Assembly: GCA_964016885.1 (NCBI GenBank)
Contig: CAXHJY010000866.1
Span: forward strand, 1 to 64,000
Length of the DNA stretch: 64,000 bases
Source: Eledone cirrhosa
Lineage: Eukaryota
Direction: 5' to 3'
Shown here: one piece after another, positions 15,173 through 31,419 of the stretch
Numbering within the stretch: the first letter of the stretch is position 1
Layout of the letters: every line of letters begins with the position of its first letter
Made by a program: the position numbers and the translations under genes
The notes under the pieces: model-generated
What the model was told of the DNA's origin: nothing
The model's database searches: none
The model's input: only the letters and a program-made list of their open reading frames with translations

Positions 15173-15266
15173 ACCCCTTGAGAAGATCGGCTATTTAAAT
15201 ACCAGGATAAATTTTCATTTAGTCCAGAATTAGCCGTCGAAACGGCTTGAGCTCAGCTGTCGGGGT
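15173..15266 (+). ncRNA. Type I hammerhead ribozyme, U3-A8 core variant (intact)
   Basis: ACCCC-UUGAGAA-GAuCGGCUA...UAGCCGUC-GAAA-CGGCU ugagcuc AGCUG-UC^GGGGU; predicted cleavage after 15261. Confidence 0.8.
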
Positions 15267-15314
15267 CTTACTGGTTCCTATATATACATATATATATATA
15301 TATATATAGATATG

Positions 15315-15354
<40 letters not shown>

Positions 15355-15355
15355 G

Positions 15356-15402
<47 letters not shown>

Positions 15403-15431
15403 GATATGTATATATTTATATATATATATAG

Positions 15432-15459
<28 letters not shown>

Positions 15460-15462
<3 letters not shown>

Positions 15463-15654
15463 ACGAAGGGAATGTGGTAAGGAACCAGGTGGACCATAAC
15501 GCACCAAAGTACGCAATACTTTAGGTAGTAGAGTGGGTAATAGGAACCAGTAAGACCCCGACAGCTGAGCTCAAGCCGTTTCGACGGCTAATTCGACGGA
15601 GAATTAGCCGTCGAAACGGCTTGAGCTCAGCTGTCGGGGTCTTACTGGTTCCTA

Positions 15655-15655
<1 letters not shown>
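15460..15655. mobile_element. Family A pLTR fragments arranged as an inverted pair
   Basis: Minus pLTR 15460-15594, then forward fragment 15601-15655. Perfect ~54-bp inverted repeat. Confidence 0.85.
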
Positions 15656-17880
<2,225 letters not shown>

Positions 17881-18035
17881 TTACACAAACACATACTAAC
17901 ACTTAATAAGTATAAATATACCCCTTATATTATAAAATAAAATAAAAACACCCTGACGGTGCGTATATACTATACAAAAAATAAACCATACAAAAAATAA
18001 GCTATACAAGAAATAATATAGACATCAAAATTGTT

Positions 18036-18087
18036 TAATTGCCTGATGAGTCCTTATTAATGGGACGAAACATTGTAGGCTAATAAA
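18036..18087 (+). ncRNA. Minimal hammerhead motif plus AATAAA in a solo pLTR-like fragment
   Basis: gc-CUGAUGA-GUCC uuauuaaug GGAC-GAAA-CauuG-UA-ggc, then AATAAA. Stem I is weak. Confidence 0.7.
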
Positions 18088-18122
18088 GACTGTTGATGTA
18101 TTGAAGGCTTCTTTGTCTATTT

Positions 18123-18202
<80 letters not shown>

Positions 18203-18344
18203 CATATATGTATATATATACATATATATGTATATATATATATATATAATGTAGGAGGTGAATTTTATTGTAGCACAATAAAGCAATGCAGAGTCGCATG
18301 CGCATTATAAAATACATGGGACTCTTTTAACCATCTTTTGATTT

Positions 18345-18391
<47 letters not shown>

Positions 18392-18532
18392 TATATATAT
18401 ACATATATATGCATACATATATATATATACAAATATATACACATACATATATACATACATATATATATATATACATACATATACATATATATGCATATAT
18501 ATACATATACATATATACATACATATACATAC

Positions 18533-18563
<31 letters not shown>

Positions 18564-18588
18564 CATACATATACATATATATGCACAT

Positions 18589-18644
<56 letters not shown>

Positions 18645-18772
18645 GGTGGTTATTTTTTACCTCTACGGATCACTTTAGTTATGATGTCTTTGTTCTCTTT
18701 CAAAAGCTATATTTATTTGTATGCGCATTTCTTGTACACATAATTTCCTTAATATTTATATATTGTATTCCT

Positions 18773-18816
<44 letters not shown>

Positions 18817-19597
18817 GGATTTGTTCCAAACATCTTTAAACTGCTGAGAGGATTTCCTACTATTCCACAACCAAATTGTAATCGACACGGCCAAAAATTA
18901 ATATCCGTTTCACCTATAAACAGAAATCTTTATTTATTTTCATACTTTAAATCTAATATTTATTTTCTGTAAATGAAGCATATTTTGCACTTGTCACGTT
19001 TTGCGGTAAAGGCATGTTTACTGTACCAACAAAAGCAAGACAACTACATGGCCATTTTGAATATGTTTTCCGAACGTATCTTGAACAAACAATTTTTCTT
19101 CGATTTTTTCTTATCTGGCGGCTTTGTTTACTTTGCTATAAATTTGGTGATGATTATTTTTAGAAATATTTTCGAACTCTAATCGAACAAGTTTAAAATG
19201 AATAGTTATTAATGATTAGGTCTTACAAATTTAAATTTTCAAATATTTGCATTCATTCACATAAACTATTATTTTTCTATAATCCACAAATAATTGGGTT
19301 TCCTTGTAGAGTGATTGAACTTTCATAATCCGATGATTGAACAAGGCAAGACTTTTCCAATGTAAATTATAAATCTAAATATAACCATTATATAGCTTTA
19401 CCATGTGGTGGTAAGGAGTTATTATGATTTATCCAACATTTTCATTCATGGAAGGGCAAGATTTCGAGAAATACGGGTGGGCATTTGTTAAATCCGTGAT
19501 TTTGTAATAAGAATGGAGAGCATAACCACACTGGTCAGACTTACCAACTGATTTCTTGGTGTTGTATCAACGATTTTGAGAAGACTTGCTTATAATT

Positions 19598-19770
19598 ATT
19601 TCTACTTTTGGCACAAGGCCAGTAATTATCTCAGTGCATTGCTGGTATTCTATCGACCCCGTAAGGATGAAAGGCAACAAAGTTAACTTCTATGGGATTT
19701 GAACTCATGCCATAAAGAGAGGTAGCTCTACGCTGCAAAGCATGGCGTCCGATCTTCTACCGATACTGCT
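19598..19770 (-). mobile_element. tRNA-derived SINE (MetaSINE-like)
   Basis: Reverse complement of the head with A box and B box (gagttcaaatcc) plus the core tgcctttcatccttacggggtcgata. Confidence 0.8.
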
Positions 19771-20717
19771 AAATGCTGTTACTTAAGTACTGCTTAACAC
19801 TTTGTGATGTGTTGTTAACTATCCTGACATATTACCAATAAATATTATACCCGGATCCAATTTGAACACGTACATTTAAATTCCATTGTAGATTTATTAT
19901 AAACTTGGATTTTTTCCAACATGCTGACGCGTATGTGTATATGTGTGATTGCATGTATGTTTATATGTATACACATATATGTATGAGTATATAAATATAA
20001 GCGTGCAAACACAGACACACTTACTCAAATACATACTCAGACATACATTCACACAAACACACACAGCATAACAAATGGAACGCCAGTCACTATTTTGAAA
20101 TAGTTTTTTCACCACCCCTTCCTTTTTTACAAACACATTCTCACAGGCAGCAGACATAAAGATAGAGGAGTAGCATGAGGTGGTTTAATTACTCTCTATT
20201 TACGTGTTGTGACAGAATCGCAGAAATTTATATATAAATAACAATTACGTTGCATTGAGAAGCGATCGCACGTCTACACACTCTTGACTCAAACACCCTA
20301 GCCAATAAACTATGTACCTTCCAATATTAAATTATAGAGAATGTTATTGTTGTAGTTTCTCTCTTATTTCCATATACACCAATTACATACTTTTAGATTT
20401 AATTATAGTCTAACTGATATGTTACTTGCATGCCCAGGCTAAGCGAATTTAATTATTTACTTTTAAGAGCTTTTAAGCTCAAAATTCCACCAAATCATCT
20501 AGATACATTTGAACAGAATTAAAGCAGTTCATATAAACAATAATTATATGCTAAGTATGTTGACCCCGAAATTATTCCGAAGTTCTCTGTTGGAATGTAG
20601 CTGGCATATAAAGATATAAGATGAAATAATCCTCTGGTATATCGATAGTTTGTCAAAATAGATACAAACGAATCAGCTTGAGTTGTAGGGCGATAAATCC
20701 TAGAGAATATAATATAA

Positions 20718-20900
20718 TGGTTTCTACTTTTGGCACAAGACCAGCAATTACCCGGTGATTTGGTGGTACTTTATTTTATCGACCCCGTAAGGATGAAAGG
20801 CAAAGTTAACCTCGGCGGGATTTGAACTCAGAATGGCAAGGGTCGTAAGTCTATACGTCAAAGCATGGCGTCCAACCCTCTACCGATACTGCCAATCCAT
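20718..20900 (-). mobile_element. tRNA-derived SINE (MetaSINE-like)
   Basis: Full head (tggattggcagtatcggtagag), B box and core. Confidence 0.85.
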
Positions 20901-21103
20901 CTAGAGAATATAATATAATATCCATTAATGAATTTATTATGGAAATGAAGTCTACAACGAGGAAAGTATTTATAAGAGAACAAAAAAAATGATTAAAATA
21001 ATAAACAAAAAGTGAAAAGAAATAGCGGAGAAAGGTGGAGAAAGAATTAAATAGTTTATTTAAGAATTAAAAAAGGAATTTTGAATGTAATGAAACACTA
21101 AAC

Positions 21104-21379
21104 CAGTCATCGGCAACCTGCGGCCGGCGAAGCTTTCTCAATGGCTTTCCTAAGTCACCTAAGTGGAAATCTTTGATTATTTTACCCCAACTTTTCAGTC
21201 GTGATTTATCTTTCTATCATTGTTTACGACCGAGGAAAACAACGTGTATGAAATTCTGAGGAAATCATACAACCTGAGTTGCGGCCCTTTTTTTTAATGT
21301 GGGCATGAATGTAAATTAGCGCTTGGTGATGAGCCATATTTCATGCGGCCCATTTCTCGAAAAAGGTTGTCCGTGTCTG
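21104..21379. mobile_element. hAT-type MITE (older copy)
   Basis: Terminal inverted repeats (TIRs) cagtcatcggcaacct / aggttgtccgtgtctg; degenerate 8-bp target-site duplication (TSD) cactaaac/ctctacac; homologous to 22425-22860. Confidence 0.7.
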
Positions 21380-21724
21380 CTCTACACCCTTGGCTTGGCG
21401 GAATAACTTAACTGTGACACTCGGACAAGTTTACGAAGGCATAGACCCTGTGGCCCTCTATCGGCACTTGTTTCACCTGGTATATACTACATTACAACCT
21501 TCCTTCCCCACACCAGAAGTACTGCTATACTACCCCATATAGCTCCTTACCCTCATCTGAAGTACTCTTCTTTATTTTTCCTAAATGAAAGTTTACTGAA
21601 TCACTAAATTCATAAAATAGAGGATGTCACTAGTAAAGTGGCTGTTATTTTATTTATTGATAAATGTTAAAATCTATGTCTTATAAACACTAGGAGCAGA
21701 TGGGTGCCCCTACTCCTTTTTCCT

Positions 21725-21759
21725 CATACTACTACTACTGCTGCTACTTCTTCTTTTAT

Positions 21760-21814
<55 letters not shown>

Positions 21815-22015
21815 TCTTATATTACTATTACTACTACTACTTCTATTACTACTACTAATACTACTACTTAAATAATCGTAATGTCAAGTTTATTATTATT
21901 ATTTTTATGTAGTCATTATTTTTATGTAGTCATTATTTTTATGTAGTCATTATTTTTATGTAGTCATTATTTTTATGTAGTCATTATTTTTATGTAGTCA
22001 TTATTTTTATCAGTC
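21725..22015. repeat. (CTA)n microsatellite followed by a 17-bp minisatellite
   Basis: actactact tract; tagtcattatttttatg about 6-7 times. Confidence 0.9.
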
Positions 22016-22229
22016 ATTTTATTTCAATAGAATACACAGAAATATACAGACGTTAATAAAAGACTAACTACTTGAATGATGAGGAAATAATTAGAAAAAC
22101 ACAACAAATATTTATAAAGAGAAAAGCAAGGGCTCTAGGGCTACAGAAGAAGGGGGGGGGGGATTTTCGCGAACAATAGCCAGTGACACCCGCTGCAATA
22201 GCCACTCCACCTCACGGGGTTTCTTCCAC

Positions 22230-22386
22230 ATAGCAGTATCGGTAGAGGGTCTGACGCCATGCTTGGCTGAGGTCAAATCCACCCGTGGTTAACTTTGACT
22301 TTCATCCTTACGGGGTTGATAAATAAAACACCAGTAATATACACTGGGATAATTGCTGCCCTTGTGCCAAATATAGAAACCATTAT
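22230..22386 (+). mobile_element. tRNA-derived SINE (internally deleted)
   Basis: gcagtatcggtagagggtc...ctttcatccttacgggg...gtgccaaa. Confidence 0.75.
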
Positions 22387-22424
22387 TTGCTTTTAAACTG
22401 AAGTTCATTCCTAATGTGCTAGAT

Positions 22425-22860
22425 CAGTCATGGGCAACCTGCGACCCGCGAAGCTTCCTGAATTGCTCGCCTAAGTGAAATCTTTCTGATTTTGTTTACC
22501 AAAATTTTTCAGTCATAATTTATCTTTCTATGATTTTTACGATCGAGGAAAACAAAGTGTACGAATTCTGAAGAAACAAATTAAAACAACCTGAGTACCG
22601 CCCATTTCTTAATGTGGGCACGAATGTAAATTAGCGCTTGCGGCCCGCCTATTGATGAGCCATATCACATGCGGCCCGCCTATTGATGAGCCATATCACA
22701 TGCGGCCCGCCTAATGATGAGCCATATCACATGCGGCCCGCCTAATGATGAGCCATATCACATGCGGCCCGCCTAATGATGAGCCATATCTTATGCGGCC
22801 CGCCTGATGGTGAACCATATCTCATGCGGTCCGCTTCTCGAAAAAGATTGCCCTTGCCTG
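22425..22860. mobile_element. hAT-type MITE with internal 31-bp tandem expansion
   Basis: TIRs cagtcatgggcaacct / agattgcccttgcctg; perfect 8-bp TSD tgctagat; gcggcccgccta(t/a)tgatgagccatatcacat about 6 times. Confidence 0.85.
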
Positions 22861-23612
22861 TGCTAGATTATACGTATGCATTTTATCGTTGGTGATAACA
22901 TGCAACAGTTATTTCTACTTTACTAAATAATAATTATATTTGAATTAAATGTATTCTTTGAAGCCAATTTACATATTCTAAATTATAATTCGGTAAATAT
23001 TCATGATGCAGTCAATATATAACAGCTTTGTGGCTTTAAAATGTGTATAAATGAAGACAAGTATTAAAAGAATTAAATTTGTGGTAGCACACACTATTTG
23101 ATAAGAACATAGCATACAAGGCTCATTTGCTATTATGATTCTTTTACTAATGGTAATGCAATATCGGTGCTAGGTTGGAAACGGCAACATTTACTATTCT
23201 ATATATAGGTATGTTTCCATTTACAATGTTAAGAACCCCTGGGCCAATTGCTCTTGAATTTTAATTTCGAATTTTGCAGGAAAATAAAATTTAGAAATCA
23301 ATAGGTATATATTTCATTTTACTTGTAGGTCTTAAGTTAAATGTGAATTATATTTAGCTTCAGAGAGTATCTATGTTTAGATGGTTTACGGCGATGGCAT
23401 TCCAGTATGCTGATCATAAAAGAAATGCTATTCCCGGTCTCATTATACCTCTTATATATACTTAATTGGTACTAGAAAGATAAATTCACTTCGAGCATGG
23501 AACCTTTCTTTTTTAACTGAATCAGACATATTGATGTATTGCATGCAATAGTATTAGTATGTATTTCTTAACTCAACCACGCCGACACTTAGGGACATGC
23601 TTACCTGCACAC

Positions 23613-23655
<43 letters not shown>

Positions 23656-23744
23656 AACATATATACACATATATATATATAGAAACACATATATATACAT
23701 ATATATATATATATATGTCTGTGTGTGTATATATATATATATAT

Positions 23745-23882
23745 AAGGAAGGAGGTGTGGTAATGAACCAGATGGACCATAACGCACCAGAGTACTCAAT
23801 ACCTAGGGTAGTAGAGTGGGTAATAGGAAAATAGTCCAGAAATAGCCGTCGAAACGGCTTGAGCTCTGCCGTCGGGGTCATA
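23745..23882. mobile_element. Family A pLTR fragment with inversion
   Basis: Minus-strand pLTR end joined to a forward HHR 3' half (gaaacggcttgagctctgccgtcgggg); TA on both sides. Confidence 0.8.
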
Positions 23883-24152
23883 CATATATATATATATTAA
23901 TTCCCACTATTCATATTAAACTCTACGAACAAAACTTTGTTCTTCTTATTGTATGTATATCTATCCTTCATACCTTACACCTACCAAAATATCGATTTAC
24001 AACACATAATTTACATATATCGAACTTTCCTTTCTTCCATATCACAATGTTAAGGAATATAATTATTACAACCATATCTATTCAGACCGTCAGACCTCTT
24101 TAATAGCAAATTATTCATCTGCAAAGCTTTTGCACGCACACAGACACTGACA

Positions 24153-24226
<74 letters not shown>

Positions 24227-24537
24227 AAAATGAGGTGTTTTTTTAATGAATAAAATCGAGATGTCCTACACGAGTGAGGGTATAAGGAAAAGAAATCGAA
24301 AATATTTAATAGGTTGCTTTACCGGTTTCACGGTTCTTATGCTTTTCAAAAGTAAAATTGAGATGGAGGGTTTGTGGTTTGGCTCGCATCTGGTTGGTGT
24401 TCGAATGTTACTTATGTTTATGTTGAAAAAATTGGCTCGTATTGCTAGGTGTTTATATAAAAAAAAATTTGCTTGGTTGATAACTCTTACGTGAATAAGT
24501 ATAATACATTTCGCGCCAGTTTGTGTTATATATAGAT

Positions 24538-24650
24538 AGGGTGTGGTAAAAACCAGCTAGACCATAACCCACCATAGTACTCGATACTTGGGGTAGTAGA
24601 TTGGGTGGTATGAAAAGATTGAAGACCCTGACGGCTGAGCTCCGAACTTT
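24538..24650 (-). mobile_element. Divergent family A-related pLTR fragment
   Basis: gtgtggtaaaaaccagctagaccataac...gaccctgacggctgagctcc. Confidence 0.65.
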
Positions 24651-24715
24651 TAGACAGTTAGATATGATCTACTTATCGAAACGGCCGGATCTCGGCCGCC
24701 GGGTCCGTATCTCTT

Positions 24716-24768
<53 letters not shown>

Positions 24769-25062
24769 ACATTTTTGCTCTACATGGTTGAATTATATAA
24801 ATGTAATCTGAGGTTTTTGAATATTAATAATAACATTCGATTCGTTTGTAATGATATAGCCATGGCAGTAGAATGCAGTTCTGTTCACATACCAACACAA
24901 TGGTAAGAAAGAAGGGTTGATTCTACTGACATGGCTATAACATTGAGACGTGTTTGCATAATTGCAAACGAATCGAATGTAATTATTAATATTCCAAAAC
25001 CTCAGATTAAATATATATATTATATATATTATATATATATAATATATATATGTATATAATAT

Positions 25063-25094
<32 letters not shown>

Positions 25095-25142
25095 ATATAT
25101 ATATATATAATATATATATTATATATATATATATAATATATA

Positions 25143-25185
<43 letters not shown>

Positions 25186-25339
25186 CTGAGTTTTTCGAAT
25201 ATTAATAATAACATTCGATTCGTTTGCAATTATGCAAACACGCCTCATATAATATATATATATATAATATATATATATTATATATATATATATATTATAT
25301 ATATATTGTATATATATATTATATATATATTATATTATT

Positions 25340-27837
25340 ATTTTCCTGATACGCTGCCTAAAAAACGATGTCATCCCCACCACCATCGGGAACATCCGCT
25401 TACCAGGATGCCTACCTACACCAGCTTTCCAAAACACCACTAACCGCATACATCGCACGTGTATTAAACAGATCCTGAGACATCTCAACCGCCAATTACA
25501 CGTCCATAAGCGGACACTCTCAGAGCGGACACATCGAATGTCAATAACACCCGGCGACTTGCTCCTGAAGATCACTAAATCAGTCGACCAGTGCTACCAC
25601 TACAGAGTCCAATACGAGAAAAAAACGGCTCAAGGGAAAATATGAGTGGATTTCTCTAAACTCCACAACGAGAACAACGACACTAACGAACAAACGGACA
25701 AGAACCACGTGGTAAACAACAACTTAATAACCGCCACCGCCGCATTCACCAACACCGAGCCATACCTCAACGATGCGACGGACCTGGTCACCGACCTAAC
25801 CGGCTCTCTCATGAGCGAAGAGCTGAAACTTCTACACCTCTGACCCAATTCATCGTCTCACAACGACTCGACGACATACTCAAACTCAACATCGAGGCCA
25901 ACTTTTGTCGAGCCGCTTACCAACATAAATGGGTGACCGCCATCAACAGCGCCACAGAAAATATCAGCACCCACGCAACCCACCCGAAGATCGTCACTTA
26001 CCACCCCGACAACCCCCTCGACCCCACACCCACAAACGACGAACTCGACACTAAACTCATCAGGCTAAAACACTCCATCTCGGAAATACTTCACACACAC
26101 ACGCACAACACACAACCTCACCAAATCTCAACTCACCACTCTCTCCAACCTAAAATCGAAGAACCTCATCTACCTCCCCTCCGACAAGGGAAAAGAATTC
26201 TGCGTCATCAGCAGATAGGCCTACAACACCCTGGCCTTCCAACACCTTGACGATGACAACCTCTACTCCAAGGTCACGGGAATCACTCTCGCACAGATAG
26301 AAGAGCACATCAACGCCGCCTGGACCAACGTCTGCGACCGGCGGAAGCTCCCGAAGAAGCTGAGACACAACCTCCTCACGAGGAACAGCAGACTACCCGC
26401 CTTCTACCACCTTGTGAAAACGCACAAACAGGGACCCGACCTGAAGATCAGGTCCAATGTATCGAGAGTGGAAGGACCTCTCTACAAAATTTCATGGCTC
26501 CTAGCCAGAATACTGAAACCCATCTTAGACACCTAGCCGGGACAGGTTAACAGCTCCGAGGAGGTGTTGAAGCGCCTGCATCAAATGGATCCCGACACCA
26601 GAAAGGATAACAGATATGCCTTCAGCCTTGATGTAGTCGCTCTCTACACCTAGGTTCCGGCACTCTCGGCCGTCAATATACTGATGGAACGCGTCCAATC
26701 CACCGACCTACACTGCTTCGGGCTCAGCACCACTGACATCCACCATCTACTATCCATCCTCGTCGACAACACCTACTTCGGATTCCTTGACCAAACATAC
26801 CAACAAACCTAGGGACTGCCCATGGGATCAAGCCTGTCGGGTGTGCTAGTGATCTCTTACATGGACAGTCTCGAGCGCAAGGCACTCAACGCCTGCCACC
26901 CCAACGCCGTCGCCTTTTTCTCAAGGTACGTGGACTATATCCTCATCCTCACATCTTCCCAAGACATGGCGAACAGAATCTACGAGACGTTCAACAACAC
27001 GGACGATAACATTGACTTCAGTGTTGAACACCCCAACGACGACGGGTGACTTGTTCTCCTCGACTTCCGAATCAACATCACGGAACAGGGAGGGATCCAC
27101 TGCATCTTCTACTGAAAGGCAGCCTGCAGGGACCTGTTCGTCCACTACAAGTCAGCCCTCCCTAACAGTGCCAAAAGAGGATACATCACGAACGAGATCG
27201 CGCGAATCAAAAACAGATGCAGCGATCAGCGAGTAGTGTCACTCATACCAAGCGATTCCTCGAGGTGCTGGAGACGAACGGGTACCCTACCTCGTTCACA
27301 GACAGAGTAGGAGACACCAGACGCAAGAGACAGAGAGACACCCAAGGCAAATGCTTCCTTAAAATGCCACACCGGGGCGAGAATACCACCAACGCTATCC
27401 GCAAGGCTATACGGAAGGAGGGCCTCGACATCCACCTGGCCCACTCGGGCCCCTCTCTGCGAAGATGCCTCTCCAGGAAACCCGGGAAATCAACTGATGC
27501 GTGCTCCGTCAGAGACTGCCCGATGCGCCATGCGAACTGTTGCCTACGTACATACGTCGTGTATAAGATAGAATGTAACAAATGCAACCAATACTATATT
27601 GGTAGCACGATCCGGCCGTTGCACATCCGGATCAAGGAACACACTAAAACCAGGGCCTCGTCTTTCCGGAAACACATAGCCAAATGCGGAAATAAAGACG
27701 GAAGGCCCATTGTCACAATTCTAACGACAGAAAGAAACGTCGGCACGTTACGTATCAAGGAAGCACTTTGGATCAAACGCCTAGGCCCACAATTAAACAA
27801 CCGATCCGAGAGAAGCGAAATGAGGGGGTTGGTTTAA
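25340..27837 (+). pseudogene. PLE family E (Penelope/Poseidon-like), RT + GIY-YIG with multiple stops
   Basis: SDKGKEF, FYHLVKTHK, SLDVVALYT, GLPMGSSLSG, RYVDY; endonuclease VVYKIECNKCNQYYIGSTIRPLHIRIKEH..KEALWIKRLGPQLN. Confidence 0.9.
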
Positions 27838-27854
27838 GTTAACAAACGATGCAG

Positions 27855-28150
27855 CAACACACGCACACACAAACACAAGCGAGACAGCAACACACACGCA
27901 CACACACACACAGTAGCATCCCACCATACGAACATACTACACTGCCAATACAGAGGAACAAGGCAACAACACACGCACACCCACCCACACAAGCGAGATA
28001 GCAACACACGCACACACACACAGTAGCATCCCACCATACGAACATACCACACTGCCAATACAGAGGAACAAGGCAACAACACACGCACACACACACACAC
28101 ACACTCAAGCGAGACAACAACACACGCACGCACACACACACAGTAACATT
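27855..28150 (+). repeat. CA-rich ~110-120-bp tandem repeat in the PLE 3' UTR
   Basis: cagtagcatcccaccatacgaacatac at 27911 and 28021, partial at 28141. Confidence 0.8.
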
Positions 28151-28362
28151 CATCAAACAGGCAGAGAATGGACTGACAGCTAGCGCCACCCCACTCGCAC
28201 AATTGAAATAATTACCTCGGCCGCTGTCCTCTGCTTGACCGACCCCATTTCACGCGCATGTGCGCTCTGCTGAATACCTCAGATATTCAAAACAACGAAC
28301 AGCGGAGGACACGTTTCGCACCTTTCCGACAGACAACCTCCCCCTCCTCCCTCGGAAAAAAA

Positions 28363-28424
28363 CCCCACTTGATGGATGTGAATCCGAAATATATAGGGAC
28401 AATTAAATCTCTCCCAAGGTAACT
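28363..28424 (+). ncRNA. Degenerate HHR + polyA-like signal + splice-donor-like site (family E pLTR)
   Basis: ccc..ttgat-GGAU guga AUCC-GAAA-UAUA-UA-GGG, then ATTAAA and aag|gtaact. The 5' core deviates from CUGAUGA. Confidence 0.45.
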
Positions 28425-28642
28425 CTTTCTCGTGTTGTTATTTTTATTTTTATCATTTACGCTCTTTCCTTCATTCCTCTACACGTTACAGTCTTATATA
28501 CGCCATGCATCTCAACGTACACCCACTTACATCTCTCTCTCCACCACCGGATATTTACCCATCTGCATTGTCGAGGCTTCCAAACGACTTGAAGAAATTT
28601 ACCTTATTATTCCACAATGCTTCAAGTAAACTTCAATATTCT

Positions 28643-28710
<68 letters not shown>

Positions 28711-28791
28711 AAACTTAGACGGGAACAAAAACAGAGAGGCAGTACAAATAAGACTTTATTAGGTTTACGCTTTTGAGATATATATATATAT

Positions 28792-28900
<109 letters not shown>

Positions 28901-28911
28901 CAGAGAGAGAG

Positions 28912-28999
28912 AGGGTGTCCCCTAAAATGCATGCGCACCTGTTCGGGCAATATATATTAGAATGTTGTTGAAGAGAGTATATATTTTGGGGGACACCCG
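28912..28999. mobile_element. Tiny Tc1/mariner-like MITE remnant
   Basis: Inverted repeat gggtgtcccctaaaat / attttgggggacaccc. Confidence 0.5.
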
Positions 29000-29005
29000 A
29001 CATAC

Positions 29006-29044
<39 letters not shown>

Positions 29045-29599
29045 TCCCTTTTTGAATTTGTTTTCCGAGATTTCTTAGCTGAAAACGTGTGTTGAAACAA
29101 ATATTGTTATACTTTGGGAGGGTCATGTTGCCAATAAAAACACACGTTAGTTGATTTTCACTTCAAGTTATAAACTTCCAGTTGGTTGGTTCATTAACCG
29201 GGAGGTTGTTTATATATTCTCAAAGCTCTTTCGTCACACATTCTGTGACCTCCTCACGCACTGGATTTTTATTGTCTTTCCTTTGTTCTATCCTACACCA
29301 TTTCTTATTTAGACCACCTATTTTCTCCCAGATCCCCAAGCCTATGCTTGCTTCTTTTCCTGGACATGTCAGCAGCTCCAACGAAGTCATGCAAATACTA
29401 CATCAACTACAACCTAACCAACTTAAACTCAACAGATATACCTTTAGTCTCTAAGTTGTCTCCCGCTATACGACAGTACCCGCTCATCCTGCGCCCAACA
29501 TATACTGCTTTCACCTCACTCCACGAGACATACATCATCTATCCGTCATCGTAGAAAACAAATTTAACTTACTACCCCACACATACAAACAGCCGGCCT

Positions 29600-30196
29600 A
29601 CCCATGGGGTCCAGTATTTCTGGCCTTCTAGCTATCACCTATATGAACCAACTGCAACCTCGAGCGCTCAACCCATACCGCTCCCGTGTTTTCTTCATCC
29701 GATAGCAACTGAAGAATTAAGGAAGACTTGCTTATACGTCGACTCAACCCGCAAATAAATAATAGATTAGAACTCAGCACACAGTACTTGACGTAAAAAG
29801 ACACACCCACAGGTACACAAACTAAATACCTCATACACAAAAAGAAAATTGATTTTACGAAATAATATATTGGCAATTGATGTCATTCACGTGGAAAACG
29901 AAGTAACCATCGAAAAACGCTTGAAAACGACTTAGAAAACCTTTTTAATCAAAATCAAAATTTTATCCCAAAGAGATGAAATTGGAACGTTATCTACTGA
30001 AGCATTCTTAAACCCTGATGAAAGGACTTTTAGGTCCCGAAATATTGGACAGATAAAAGAACAACAAAACAGAACAAAAAGATTACCAGGTAACTTTTAC
30101 TTTTCGTTAACTCATCTTACAGTCCATTTTGCAATTCTCAGCCTTCTATCTCTTTCAACGCTCTATATTATATACATATTCAAGCTAACTATAACA

Positions 30197-30200
<4 letters not shown>
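29600..30200 (+). mobile_element. Decayed PLE 3' end (endonuclease C-terminus + pLTR)
   Basis: QLRIKEDLLIRRLNPQINNRLEL remnant near 29705-29775. HHR-like cc-CUGAUGA-aaGGAC uuuuag GUCCc-GAAA at 30013-30048, then cag|gtaact. Confidence 0.65.
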
Positions 30201-30258
<58 letters not shown>

Positions 30259-31070
30259 GGAAGCTTAAAATTATATATATTTTTTATATCCGAATCAGGT
30301 TGTTTTTATAACCGTACCTAATTGTGGCTATTTCACCTTCAAATATTCTTTCTGCGTCAACGTGTCGATTCTTTCATTTTCTTTATATAAGTTGTAAATA
30401 TCTAAACTTCTCCGATCGTTTTCTGACAAATTAGCATATCTTAATCGTTTTACAAGTGTTTAGATTTCTTGTCTTCGAAATAATCATGATTCTATTTCGA
30501 TTCTATTTCGAATTATTCACACTTTGCCTCAATTTTATCATTACATTCGTTCACAATTATATCTATTTCAAATATCGCTCGACATTTCACCTGAGAAATT
30601 TAATTTTCTCTGTTGCCAGCTTGTGTTAAGAAATGAAAAATGAACGAATGGTTAAGTGCAAGCATGTATTACAATTATAAGTGTTTCTTTCTATAGACCA
30701 AATGGCAATAGGTTAGATGTAACTGGACATTACCAGGTTACAGTCGATGAATAGTGTATACATATTAATATATACTATTGATATTTATAATCAGATATAA
30801 CTTGGACGCACAGAATTATATGCAAAGTTGTTTAAACCATGACTATTCCGCATTTTTTCTTAAATCCAGTATTACTTATCCATTGTGTCCTATCTCAGTT
30901 ATTTCTAGTCGGTGAGACCTCAAGTATTTCTATATTATATCTGATAGAATTTGAAGTATGTATTCAATAATGTCCAACTATTATATATTAAAATAAATAA
31001 ATCTATATAATGGTGTGGCGCCATTATCCTCGGCCACCCAGCTGGAGCACGTAATAATGTGTGAGAGTAC

Positions 31071-31101
<31 letters not shown>

Positions 31102-31267
31102 ATATACAGCTGGAGACATAAATGTATCAGTTTCCAGGGACGGTAAGCGTTAAAGCATTCATCCGGCATATTAGAAATTCGGGTTTCGATACATTGCAGG
31201 CATTTCTGCTAAATTTTTTCCGCGTCTCCACGGTCTTCTATAGTCACTTACGTTGATACGACTTCAT

Positions 31268-31300
<33 letters not shown>

Positions 31301-31365
31301 TATATATATATAATATATATATATATATAATATATATATATATATAATATATATATATATAATAT

Positions 31366-31419
<54 letters not shown>

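Larger units (their letters stand above)
12338..15277 (+). mobile_element. PLE family A, 5'-truncated copy with inverted 5' pLTR
   Basis: Inverted pLTR (12338-~12465) is fused to truncated RT (ttttgaccgtaaacc). Then ORF, ~1.1-kb 3' UTR and a pLTR ending in TA. Confidence 0.93.

Noticed and set aside
22640-22830. CRISPR-like or HHR-like look of the 31-bp repeat (tgatgag)
   Set aside because: Contiguous units with no unique spacers, no GAAA core or stems, and located inside a MITE.
25340-27837. In-frame stops as selenocysteine recoding (Naiad-like PLE)
   Set aside because: Stops include several TAG plus frameshifts, the catalytic YVDD is mutated, and the endonuclease is C-terminal; this is ordinary decay.
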